Translations under genes and position numbers: made by a program | Assembly (NCBI GenBank): GCA_022813965.1 | Contig: JALDZS010000007.1 | Location: forward strand, 62,001-126,000 | Length of the DNA stretch: 64,000 bases | Source: Toensbergia leucococca | Taxonomy: Eukaryota | Direction: 5' to 3' | Shown: one piece after another, positions 36,026 through 47,858 of the stretch | Position numbering within the stretch: position 1 is the stretch's first letter | How the letters are laid out: each line of letters starts with the position of its first letter | Notes under the pieces: generated by a model | Databases searched by the model: none | Seen by the model: only the letters and a program-made list of their open reading frames with translations | What the model was told of the DNA's origin: nothing

Positions 36026-37981
36026 ATGGTGGGAAGACCTAGCTTTGTTATTACAGCGCTGTCACTGCTGGAGGTTCTTCCTCTAGCCTTGGCTCATAGC
36101 TCAGACGGTCATGTCGGCGAATCTATGGGTAGGGGTTCCATTCGGGAGTCATCTAATCTTGTTTCCTCGGCCATGAATACCTCTTCCACGGCTCTACAGA
36201 GTTATTTCTCATACCCGGAGTATTCAACCCTCATTATAGCTCATATCTTTATTATGACTGTTGCGTGGTTCATAGTTCTTCCCATAGGTAAATTTCATTT
36301 GCCCACTCCTGACTCAAGTTTAACATGACTAATGAGCTGACTTTTTAGGAGTCATGCTCAGCCTAGCACGCTCTGGCTTGGCACTTTCGACTCAGCTGGC
36401 CTTCCTCTGCGTGAACGCGCTTGGTCTCTTACTTGGCATTGTCTACAACGACAAGACGCCGGATTTATACGAAAACAATATTCATCATAAGCTCGGCTGG
36501 GCTTTGACATGGATCGTTCTGGCACAGACTGCGATGGGATTCATCAAATTCTGTGCTGATGCACGTAAGGCTGACCAGGGTGAGGTGGATGAGCAAGCTG
36601 CGTATATCCCGATATCAACCGAGGCTATGTCAGAACATCAGCGAATACTTGGTATCAGCATACCGGATCAGTACAGGTTTTCTCATGATAGCGGCCAGGG
36701 CACTGAGCCAGATTCGTCTGGAAATAACTCGCTATCCTCTATGGAAGAGAATGCGGACAAGGACTTTCATCGAACCGATCACCAGAGCGGCTATGAGGAC
36801 AGAATCGACATTAGGGAACGAGGTGTTACGGGTAATTCCGCGTTCAATAAATTTTTGCAAAGAGTACCGCTTGCAACGTTAAAACGTGTCATGAGGGTTG
36901 TGAATTTTCTACTATCTATGATTGACCGCTCAATCCTCCTCCTTGGCTTCGTGGCTATAACTTCCGGTATAGTCGTGTATGGAGGCATATTCGTAAGTCC
37001 CTTGGGTTGTGAGATACCAGGCCGTGAGTGCTAACAAGAAGATGTAGAAAGGTAGCAACATCTTCAATGGTTTGGCCCACTTTATCAAAGGCGGTATTTT
37101 CTTTTGGTATGGCCTACTGACTCTAGGTCGCTGGATGGGTTGCTTTGCCGAATACGGCTGGGCATGGAACGTCAAACCTCCTGTTGGCGTGGTTAGCCCT
37201 CGAAAAGCGGCAGTGCCTTCAGCTGAATTTGTTGAATCCTTTGTCATATTCTTTTATGGCTCGACAAATGTTTTTCTTGAACACTTGGCCGCTTGGGGGG
37301 GAGCTTGGACTGCCCAAGACCTTGAGCATGTATCCATTTCAATAATGTTTCTTGGAGGCGGTTTGGTGAGTTTTCTCATCTTTAGAGCGTAAATACAAAC
37401 ACTGCTAATTAAAGAGCTAGTGTGGCATGCTCGTTGAATCTCGGAGAGTCCGGGATTTCCTGAACACAACAATTTTGATCTCTCCCGCCAATCGTGGGTT
37501 CCATTCCGACAAAGAACCTTGGGATCCTCCTAGAACTTACGGTTTCTCGATGAATCCTATCCCTGGCCTCATCATACTCCTCTTAGGGCTGATGATGAGT
37601 TCACATCACCAAGCATCGATGGTGTCTACCATGGTCCACAAACAGTGGGGCACCCTCCTCGTTGGCTTCTCCCTGGCGCGAGCTGTCACTTACATCCTGA
37701 TTTATTTATCTCCTCCTTCATCCTTTCTCCCGTCGCGGCCGCCTTCAGAGATCATTGCATCTTTCTGCTTGATCTCTGGAGGTCTTGTATTTATGGCCAG
37801 CAACAAGAACACTGTGTCCGCCATAGAGTCCTATGACCTTAACGCCATGTTCATATTCACTGTGACAATGGGAATCACCGCGCTTTTGATGGCTTGGTCG
37901 ATTGTGGTCTTTGCCGTAAAGGGTTGGGCTGTCCGTCGCAGCCAGGCGTCATATTCAAGGCCACGAAGCAGCTCGGCCTAA
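36026..37981 (+). CDS. YTP1/DUF2427-type multi-pass membrane protein (YCR061W-like), 4 exons
   Basis: Signal peptide, AHIFIMTVAWFIVLPIG, TPDLYENNIHHKLGW, LAHFIKGGIFFWYGLL, QDLEHVSIS, MSSHHQASMVSTMVHKQWG. Confidence 0.85.
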
Positions 37982-38364
37982 ATTCAGGGATATCATGATT
38001 GTTTCTGCGCCCTACTCAAGAATTCTAGCGTCATGTCCTAACGATCTTTCTATTGGTGTGAAGATTTTGTGCAGCTTGATACCCTTCTAGATAGTTCTGT
38101 TGTAAGACTTGTAAATAGAATGAAGTCACATCGGGTTCCAACGCGACATCATAATCAATACTCACTACTCAGTCTGAAATCACGTCCTAATAAGTGTGTC
38201 AGAAAGGGTCGAGCTGTTTGGAGATACCTGACAGTTTCAACGTGTTTTCGGGTAAGGCAGGGCTTGCCTGTCAAATGTGGACTAATGCAGGGCACAAAGC
38301 TTGGACCTCGAACGTTACTCCAACCTCTACTCCGTACACCCAAATTTGCAGTAGACGGTCTCCA

Positions 38365-40456
38365 ATGGCATTGATCTGTGAGTGAGGTTCTGGACTTTCA
38401 ATGGCAAGCTCCAAATAAAAGCTTTGCTGATGACTATAGAAGCTCCAACTATCTTGGCCCTGCGGCGAGACCCTCGGCTCCTGAAGCTTCCCCCCTATCT
38501 CTCGGCATCATGTCTCGTAGTGGGAGTAGTCTGGTTATTGCTACTACCCCTGAATGAATATTCACGACAGACATATATCTCGGAAAATGCCCTTCTCCCT
38601 GGCCAAGTCCACACCTATTTCGGAGGTAGTGAGCAGAACATCTTCAATGCCTACAAGCATGAGGTTCAGGCACTGGCCGACAAGGAGCAAGACGAGTAGG
38701 CCATGGTGCATTGCATTCTTAGGTTACGGGAGAGTAGCTTACTAGAGATTTCCTGCAGAATCGCTGGGAAGCTTGGTGAGATATTCAGCTCGGCGGGATT
38801 GAAAGTCGCACGACAAAAGTATGCATATGAGGTTGCAGGAATCACGCATGGCGGAGAAAATGTATACGCCATAATACACGCGCCCCGGGGAGATGCCACA
38901 GAGGCGATAGTGCTTGTTGCTGCCTGGAGAAACACGGGTGATGAGCTGAATCAAAGTGGCGTCGCATTGGTCTTGACGCTGGCCAGATACTTCAAACGTA
39001 GGTTCTGGTCAAGCAGTAGAACGAGAGTGCTACCCTGATTCATTTTTAGGATGGTCACTGTGGTCGAAAGACATCATTGTATTGATCACTGCGGACAGCA
39101 AAGCTGGACCCCAGGCCTGGGTAGATGCATATCATGACGAACACTCTTCGTCGTCTGTTGATCCTTTACCCCTCAAAAGTGGAGCACTCCAAGGGGTTGT
39201 GGTGGTGGATAATGCGCTCGACCACCGCTTTGAGTCTCTCCATATCGTCTACGATGGTATCAATGGCCAGCTACCCAACCTGGATTTGCTCAACACCGCT
39301 GTTGCCATCGCCAGTGGGCAAATGGGCATCGGGGTCACTCTCCAGCGTATGTGGAAGCATGGAGATAGCTACAAAGAAAGACTACAAACAATGCTACGCG
39401 GCATGGCCAGTCAAGGATTGGGACATGCATCAGGCCCTCACAGCAGTTTCATCCCTTACCACATCGATGCAATCACTCTACAAGCAGTTGGGGACGGCTG
39501 GCAAGACGAAATGGCCATGGGCAGATGCGTTGAAAGCACTTTTCGGAGCTTAAACAACCTCCTCGAGCACTTCCACCAAAGCTTTTTCTTCTACCTTCTC
39601 ATGCAAGCCAACCGCTTCGTCAGCATAGGCACCTATCTCCCAAGCGCCATGCTCGTCGCCGTCAATTTCTCCATCACAGCAATTGCGCTATGGATTCAAA
39701 GTGGACGCCCGCCAGCTCCCAAAAAGGTCGCTTTCACCAACACCGAAAAGGCCACGGAGCCGGAAATGGAGCTTGTCGAGCACGATGGAATGCGAGCTGT
39801 GATCCCAAAAGCGAGCCTTGCCATTGCGGAACGCCAGCTCTTCCTCCCAGTGACTTTCGTCATAGCCATCCATTTCCTCGGAACCATCCCGCTCTACATC
39901 TTCAACAATCCCACCCACGCCGTAAGTCTTTCCCCACTCCTCAACCTCAATCTCCCAAAAACTAACCACAGTTCAAAAGTCTCTCTCGCTCACCCTCCTC
40001 ATCTTCACCCTATTCAACCTCCTCCTCCCCACTCTCCTCGCTACCATCCTCTCCCACACTTACCCTCTAACACCTAACCACACCCTCCTAATCCGCTGCC
40101 TCTCCCTCCTCCTCCTAGGAATGTTTCTAGCCACCCTCGCCACCCTTAATTTCTCCCTTGCCTTTCTCATCGGCCTCCTCTCTGCCCCGCTCTCCTTCTT
40201 CTACCTCCCGTCCCCACATGACAATGAGCCTCCAAACCCTGTTTTTGGGGTGCTGGCGAGCGTGCTATTGCAGGGCTTGTCGCCACCCGTGGTGGTGTAT
40301 GCGGCTTGTTGGTTTTGGGGGGTCGGAGTGGAGACGGTGCTGGAGGAGGCGGCGTTTGGGTGGAGGGTGTCTGGGCTGTGGACACAGGTTGTTGTTTGGT
40401 GTGTTTGGTGGCCGGCTTGGCTGATTGGGGCGGTGGTAGTAAATCCGGTTTTGTAG
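38365..40456 (+). CDS. GAA1: GPI transamidase component Gaa1, multi-exon (start 38365 or 38430)
   Basis: SRQTYISENALLPGQVH, GENVYAIIHAPRGDATEAIVL, WSLWSKDII, GINGQLPNLDL, RSLNNLLEHFHQSFFFYLL, FVSIGTYLP, LATLNFSL. Confidence 0.95.
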
Positions 40457-40680
40457 GCTGGTGGGTGGATTTGTTGGATTACTGTGGTAGCGTACATTGT
40501 TCCCCTGATAGATCAATGAGAAAATCATCCTGCCAAAGGTTCTTTTTTAATGGTGATGCTACATTTGACTGTTTTCAGGGACTATCCTGCTGCTGGTAGG
40601 ATACGCGACCTATCATATCCGCCGCCATCAAATCCCAATGCGGTAATACTACATGCCCTTTTCCCTTCCCTGTACCCCAC

Positions 40681-41958
40681 TCACGCCGCCCAAACATCCC
40701 TCCCTACACCCTCGATCCAATTCCCCAGCTGGTTCACACTCGAATCCCAATCTTTCAGCCTCAGCCTCATATCATCAATCTGCTTCATATCTAACACCTT
40801 CGGCTGCACCCAGTTGATCCGCGCAATCTCCGCCACCTGATCAATACTGCCCCGCAACAGGCCCAAACTCAACGCCTTCATAATCAATATCTCAATCTCG
40901 TGCGGCTTTACTTTAGTCTCGCGCGCAATCATCGCAAACGTCATAGCGCGATCGTGTGGCGGGCGTCGGAACACGGCTTCGGTGAGGGCCGACAGCGAAA
41001 TTTTTTGCCAAAGGAACTCCTTGTGTTCTTCGAGCAGGCTGCTTTTGAGCAGGTTGCTCTCGAGCAGGTTGTAAGCCATCAGATCGCCGCGGTTGAAGGC
41101 GAAGAGGAGGTCGCGCAGCCAGGCGTGCGGGGTTTGCGAGAGCGAGTCGAGGATTGGATGGAGGAGGAGTTCGCCAAAGTTGTAAATCGTGGTTGAGATC
41201 AGGGCGGCGACGCTGAGGTCGTAGGCGCGGGTTTGGGATTCTGGCGTGGTGAGGGTGGAGAGGTCTATGCAGGCGAGATAGAGGAGGGAGGATTTGTAGT
41301 AGGCGCCGAAATCGAGGCAGGCCTGGTTTTTACGGGGTCAGTTGGGTTTGGTCAGTGCCAGCGGAGGGTGGGTGGGGTGGGGAAAATTTACTTGGTGGTA
41401 GATAGCGTTTACGCGGTAGAATGTGGCGTGAACTTGGGTTTCGACTGAGTCGAATGTGTCGAGAATTGTTTCTGCTTTGTCGAGATTTTTGTGGGCGCCA
41501 TCTAGATCATGAAGACGCAGTTGTAATTCTGAACATGCTACCAGGGCGTAGACATAGGCGTCTTGCGATGAGGGTTTGTTGACCTTCTTAGTCAGGTCTG
41601 TGAGGAAGGCTAGGCATTCGTTTTCATCTGCAATGTCCCTGTCAATAACCTGCTCGCTACCTCGAATGATGTGGCGATAGGAGCACAAACTTGTGAAAGT
41701 TTCCGCTGTCAGGAGCCCCAACGATACGAATTGAAGCTGATTGATCTTTTCGGCGAAGCTCAAGATGAATTTTCGAAATAGCGGTAGGCGTTGAGGAGCG
41801 CTTGCTGGGTTGTGGAAGTGTACCAACACCAAGTCCGTGAGCTGATGCCATAGTTTGCGGTCCCAGTAATCTTCTATATTTAGGAAGCTTTGCTGGAGGT
41901 CCTCTGCTGCGGCTTCACGTTGCTCAGAGAGGAAATTGGATATTACTTCAGGGTCCAT
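40681..41958 (-). CDS. RPN9: 26S proteasome lid subunit Rpn9 (PCI domain), 3 exons
   Basis: YWDRKLWHQLTD, IYNFGELLLHPIL, IMKALSLGLLRGSIDQV, WVQPKVLD. Confidence 0.95.
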
Positions 41959-42230
41959 GCCGGGCTATTTTGGGAGAGTGGTGAGGTGAAAAAGTGAGGT
42001 TGAGGGTTTGCGCGGGCGATTGCGGCTAGATTCGTAGAGAGGCTGTAGATGGCGATATAAGGGAGTTTCATCAAAATGTAGTGTCTACGCATTGTGGAGG
42101 TTGAGACAAAAATACATGTATTAGTGACTAGCGTGATCCGTCCATGACCCCCTGTCTGAATCTAGGTTCCTCGTGCCTGGGGCGTGTCTAGTATTTCGAC
42201 AGAAACCAATTCCCTGTGGTCCAGCGAAGC

Positions 42231-43842
42231 ATGCAGAAGTGTTGGACTGCTCCGGCTTCGACTGGTCTGCGTGCTGCTGCTCAATCGCATGGCAACCGGA
42301 CGATAGCGGCAATACATCGAAGAGGACTACAAGACGTAGCTATTACGAGGACGGGGAAACCCATAATCAGAGTTCAAGGCGGACGGTGAGAGCTCTGACT
42401 AGATCTTCCAAGCTGTCAATTCAAAGGCATGTCCGAGGCTGACTTGATTGAAATAGATCGTCACTTGGAGGTAGCTCATAGCCGTTCTGGCTTTGGCACT
42501 GGAACTTTCTGACCCTTGGGCAGGACACACTGCTACTGTCTTTGGGGCAACCGGATTTCTGGGAAGATACATAGTCAATCGATTGGGTGAGCAGATCGAG
42601 GGAAAAGCGAAGAAGAGATGTTTCTGACCGCAAGTAGCTCGGCAGGGATGTACCGTTGTAATCCCTTTCCGGGGGGACGAGATGGCGAAACGACACTTGA
42701 AGGTCGCTGGAGACTTGGGAAGAATTGTCTTCATGGTTAGATTGCCTTTGTGTCCTAAGCTTCTCTTGAGCGGCTGTTTCTAATCTACCTAGGAATACGA
42801 TCTTCGAAACACACCATCATTGGAAGAAAGTGTACGACATTCCGATGTGGTATACAATCTTGTTGGTCGATCGTATCCTACAAAGTCAGTGACACTGATA
42901 GACTGGTTATATCCGAGATCCTGATTCATATTATAGAAATTTCGATTTCGAAGATGTCCATGTTGAAGGAGCGGAGCGTATTGCCGAAGCCGTGGCCAAG
43001 TATGACATTGATCGCTTCATCCATGTCTCATCATACAATGCGGACAAGAAGTCAACTTCTGAATTCTTCCGTACAAAGGTACGATGTGTCCTTCCCATTA
43101 ACATTTCCATGTTCTCAAATGAGGTGCAATAGGCTCGAGGCGAAGAAGTCGTGAGGAATATCTTCCCAGAAACTACCATTGTTCGACCTGCTCCTCTATT
43201 TGGCTTCGAAGACCGTCTCTTGCATAAGCTTGCTGGCGTGACAAATCTGTTCACCTCCAATCATATGCAAGAGAGGTTCTGGCCTGTACACGTAAGAAGT
43301 CTAGATTTTCAGGAACCTGCCCGATCTGCACTAAAAAACAACTTCAGGCAATTGATGTTGGCCGTGCCCTGGAAGTCATGTTACAAGACGATGATACAGC
43401 GTCTCAGACATACGAGTTGTATGGACCAACAAATTACTCAATGGCCGAAATTGCCGAGCTTGTTGACCGCGAAATCATCAAGCACCGCCGACACATCAAT
43501 ATTCCGAAGCGAATCCTCAAGCCCATTGCAACTGCTCTAAACAGATTCATCTACTGGCCAACAACGTCAGCTGACGAGGTCGAGCGCGAATATATTGATC
43601 AAAAGATCGATCCCAAGGCAAAGACCTTCAAGGACCTGGGCATTGAACCCGCCGAACTGTCAAACCTAACCTTCCATTACTTGGTAGGTCATTCCTTCAC
43701 CTGGCTCCAAAACGTGGGCTGAAATGAATTGACAACGTCGCAGCAAGCATACCGAAGTGCGGCCTTTTACGATCTGCCGCCGTCAACGGAGCGGGAAAAG
43801 AGGGAAGAGAAAAAGTATCTGCATGTCATTGACGATCAATGA
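42231..43842 (+). CDS. NDUFA9: Mitochondrial complex I 39/40-kDa subunit (NDUFA9/nuo-40), intron-rich
   Basis: ITRTGKPIIRVQGGR|SSLG|GHTATVFGATGFLGRYIVNRL, HSDVVYNLVGR, TIVRPAPLFGFEDRL, YELYGP, EKKYLHVIDDQ*. Confidence 0.95.
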
Positions 43843-43898
43843 TGCTTTTTGAGATTCGAAAGATGTTGAAACTGGGACTGGGGATCTGCGCGTGCATG

Positions 43899-43906
43899 TG
43901 TATATA
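43899..43906 (+). promoter_or_regulatory. Puf3-type element TGTATATA in the NDUFA9 3' UTR
   Basis: Exact UGUAHAUA match 57 nt after the stop codon. Complex I mRNAs are reported Puf3 targets in Pezizomycotina. Confidence 0.5.
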
Positions 43907-44189
43907 GGTTGTTTTAGAAATGAAGGGAGTCATTGGGTCCCCTTGCAAATGGAAACATTTTTTCTCCGTTTCTTGTACTCGCTGTAGGTTTCTATAGATA
44001 GGAATCGTAACATTGAGTATATTATAGTCTTGATCTCAAATTTTATAGAAATGATTTGCTTATTGAGAATGTCGACGAAAGATTCCGCCTCGTTAAAGTG
44101 TACCTGATGGACTTTTCATTGGACTATCTTTCTATCAACTGGGATTAATTAACAAAATATTAAGATTAATATGGACGATTTGTTTAATG

Positions 44190-44302
44190 GACACTTTGGC
44201 CGAGTGGTTAAGGCGACAGACTTGAACCCTCATCAGCGATGATGAATCCTCCTTTGATATCTGTTTTCTTCGGAAGCGCAGGTTCGAACCCTGCAGGTGT
44301 CG
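44190..44302 (+). tRNA. tRNA-Ser (anticodon UGA) with a 32-nt intron (44227-44258)
   Basis: Acceptor stem GACACTT/AGGTGTC+G, A box TGGCCGAGTGGTTAAGGC, anticodon stem ACAGA/TCTGT with loop CT-TGA-A^A, variable arm TTC-TTCG-GAA, T arm GCAGG-TTCGAAC-CCTGC, T5 terminator at 44309. Confidence 0.95.
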
Positions 44303-44588
44303 AATTCCTTTTTGGATTCCTTTATATGGCAAAGGAGAAGAAGAGCCAGGAGGCGAAGCACCGGGTTCGAAATGTTACTTTTTGTTTGTGCGGTGGAGGC
44401 GAAAAGGTGAGTGGAATGGATAGATTCTTTTTTCACAACATAGCCGAGGATTGGGGCGGGAAATTACAGATGTGAAGATATCTGAATTGGATTTTGCCTG
44501 CTGAAAATAAGACCAGTACATAAGACACACAAAACGCCAAAATCCGATACACCCCCCCCCACACCCTCTAATCCCAACAGCACCCAAA

Positions 44589-46243
44589 TCAAGGAAACCC
44601 AAACCCGCCAGGAAACTGAAACCCGCCACCGCCGCCGCCCTGCTGAAACTTGAAACTCCCACCCCCGCGCTGACTTTGGAAGAATTGATACCCGCCCCCA
44701 GATCCTTGCCCAAACGGACTCCCCTGAAACGGCTGCCCCTGCTGCTCATGACTATTAGGATCATCGCCCCGATCAAATCGAGCTCTCAGCTCGGGATCGC
44801 TCAAAACCTCATACGCCTCGTTGATGCCGGCCATTTTCTTCTCGGCGGCCTCCTTGCTCACGCCCTGCCCGACCTGTTTGTCCGGGTGGAATTGGCGGGT
44901 TAGAGAGCGGTAGGCGCGTTTGATGGCGCGGTCGTCGGCGTCGGTGGGGACGGAGAGGATTTTGTAGTAGTCTTTTGTTTGGGAGCGTTTGAGGAGGGTG
45001 TGGGCTTTTTGGAGGAGAGGTTGGATGGATGGGGAGGAGGGGTGGTGTTCTTTTGCTAGGTTGAGGGTTTGGATTGCTTCGTCGTAGGATTCGCTATCTA
45101 GCTGTTGCTGAGCGAGGGAGAGGAGGCCGGGGAGGGAGTGAGGAATTAGGGCTAGGGCTTCGGTGCAGTAGGAAAGGGCGCGCTTTTTGTTGTTCATCTA
45201 GTTTTGCGGGGTTAGTCTTTTCGTGGATGGGAAGGTTGCGGATATGAGGGGGTTAATACTTCTGTGTAGAGGTCACAGGTCATTTCGACCAGACTGTTAT
45301 AGAGATCGTTGGGGGAGTTTCTGTGAATTATGCCATCCTCTTTGGCTTGATTGACGTCAGCTTTTACGTCTTCGATAAGGCCGGTGTTACTGTCTGCTCC
45401 TATGATAAGCTTGACGGCGCTGTTGAATTGGCGGGATTCTTTCAGCGAAGCGAGCTTGTTCAGGGTTTTGTCGATTTGCTTCTCTCGTCTGAAGAGCTTG
45501 CTGCAGGCCTTGGAGTCGGGATCCGAGTGCAGGCACTTTCGCACGTGGCCAATGCCCTTCTCCGTGTCTCCTAGGGAATAGAACGTCATAGCTGACATTT
45601 GTAGATGAGGCTCGACTGAGCCTGGCGACATCTGCAGGACATGCGCCAAATCACTGACCCCCTCAAGCACTTCTCCTTTCTCGAATCGACACCGGGCCCT
45701 CAATTGACGTAAACCCAGAGAAGTGCTTGCGACCATAATGGCAATCCCAGCCTGGCTTACGCATCCCTCCCAATCACCAGCTTTTTCGGCATCAAAGGCT
45801 AAAATTGCAGCACCCTGCGCCTCCTCAAGCTCAGCGATTTCTACTCCTCCAGTCTTTTTTGCTGCTTGGTAGTCTTGTTTTGCCGCCTTCCAATCGCCAG
45901 CCCTGCCTTTTATCTTTGCTCTCTGTAGCAACGCTCCCTCAAAGTCCGGCTTGATGGTCAAGACCCTATCGAAGTCTTGGTTTGCTTGAGCGTTCTTTCC
46001 CAGTGAAAGATAAGTAGCTCCACGTTGGAAAATGGTTAGGTAATTCCGAGGGTCTCGCGAAACGGCAACGTCAAAGTATGTAAGAGCATCGTTGGCGTTG
46101 CCTTTGGCGAGGTTGGCCTTGGCAGAGGAGACGAGGGAGGCAATTGGGGTGTCGGAGGGAATTTCGGACGGTGAGAGGCAAAGAGCGAAAGGGGCGGAGA
46201 GAAAAGATGCCTTCAACAGGAGACATGATAATCGGACAATCAT
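44589..46243 (-). CDS. ER-luminal TPR + J-domain co-chaperone (DNAJC3/P58IPK, Jem1-like); one intron at about 45198-45259
   Basis: Signal peptide, TPR repeats ([30 protein letters not shown]), J domain DYYKILSV...FHPDK...[16 protein letters not shown]-rich tail. Confidence 0.92.
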
Positions 46244-46552
46244 GATTTGATGTGTATGTAAGAGAAGGTTGTGAGTAGTCTAATGTGTAAGGTGAAAACT
46301 GATAGTGTGTTCTTTGTATCTTGATATGTGGCAGCATCTTCGTCCGTATACCCCTGCAGCCCTACAAGCACTAAGCGATCATACCCCTGCCATCAACATC
46401 ACACAGTCGAGGGGTTCACACTCGCCCTTCTGGTGTCACTACAATGTCAATTGCCTACCATTGAGTCAAGCACTAGCACCACACTAATACCATGAAGCTC
46501 ACAAGCACAAGATCCCAATGACTCCAAAAAGTCTCTCTCCTGCGCCAGAACA

Positions 46553-47440
46553 ATGGACCTCCCCTCCCCTCTCCTTTCCCCATCCAAAGCCGCCCGCGTC
46601 GCCTCCCTCTCTCGCGCCTGGACCCACACAACCGCTTTCCTTACCCCCCTCTTCTATCCCTCCCCCATCCCCCCATTCGAGCACAACCCCGCCACCCTGA
46701 CCGCCCTCCTAGCCCTCGCCTCCCACGCCGAATCCCAAACGGAACAGGAAACCCTCCTCGCCGCCACCCGCGCCTGCGCTCTGAAAGAACTCCAAGACTC
46801 CCTAGCCCACGATCCCAACACCCCTCTATTCGCAGCCATTGAAGAAGACCTCACCGATGAAGGCCGTCAAGCGCTCGAGGGCCTAGCCTCACTGTCCACC
46901 GCTCTTGGTGGTCTCTCCGCCGACCCAGAAGCCATGGCCCACTCGCTCCTCCAACTCACACGCTCTGAATTCGACACCCAGCAGCAACTTCGGCGAATCG
47001 AAACCCTCCAAGCCCAACTTAAAGCCGAAACCGCCAGCGCCCAGACTCTCCTCTCCGAACTCCGAAGCCCGCAATATCAAACGCCGCCGGATTTGGTGCG
47101 GAAGACGGGGGAGTGGACGAGAGGCTCCAAGCAGCTTGATTTAAAGCTTAGGGAGTACAAGGAGAGGATTACGAGGTTAGAGAGGTCGACGGGAGGAAAG
47201 CCTGAGGTGGGAATCCCGCAGATTAGGGAGAGGGAAAGTGAGGTAAGGGAGCTGGGAGGAAGGGTGCTGGGATTGGAGGAGAAGGTTAGGACGTTTGGAG
47301 GTTTGCCGCCTGATAGAGAGTTGGCTTTGCTGGAAGTGGAAAGGGCGAGAGCGGAGCTGGAGGGATTGGTTCGGACGAGAGATGGGCTGTTTGAGGGGCT
47401 AGTGGAAGGGGAGAAAGGGGGTATGAATATGAAGAATTAG
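46553..47440 (+). CDS. Augmin complex subunit 1 (HAUS1)-like coiled-coil protein, intronless
   Basis: LSPSKAAR...IPPFEHNPATLTALLALA N-terminus, coiled coil, C-terminal FGGLPPDRELALLEVERARAEL, resembling HAUS1 family motifs. Confidence 0.7.
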   Translation: MDLPSPLLSPSKAARVASLSRAWTHTTAFLTPLFYPSPIPPFEHNPATLTALLALASHAESQTEQETLLAATRACALKELQDSLAHDPNTPLFAAIEEDLTDEGRQALEGLASLSTALGGLSADPEAMAHSLLQLTRSEFDTQQQLRRIETLQAQLKAETASAQTLLSELRSPQYQTPPDLVRKTGEWTRGSKQLDLKLREYKERITRLERSTGGKPEVGIPQIRERESEVRELGGRVLGLEEKVRTFGGLPPDRELALLEVERARAELEGLVRTRDGLFEGLVEGEKGGMNMKN

Positions 47441-47858
47441 TACAGATTCAGCGAGCACTACACGCTCTTTCTTGTCTTGAATGTCAAGTATTATATTTCT
47501 CTGCCACGAAAGATCGGAATTGATATTGCGTACTTTCTCAAGATCTATCCTTCTTAGGCCGAGACGCCCCAATCTTCTTGCGGACATATCGTCTGTACTC
47601 GAGACTTTCAGTATGGTAGTAAAATATTGAACAGCATTGGGGAGAAACGATATAAGAGACGAAACAAAGGAGCGTAGAAATGCCATTTCTTGCTCATGGC
47701 GCACTCGTAGGAGTCCGTCACAGCTTCCAAATTATCTATCTCTGTTATTCATAGTGTTTTCGCCCTTCCACATGCATACCAGCATTCTGAGCTACAACAT
47801 TATTATTATGTACACGCTTAAAATAACGACGATATTAGAAAAACGACGAGAATTTCTG

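Noticed and set aside
44363..44374. Second GGTTCGAA (B-box-like) downstream of the tRNA
   Set aside because: Lacks the final C of the consensus, a T-stem and an A box; no second cloverleaf.
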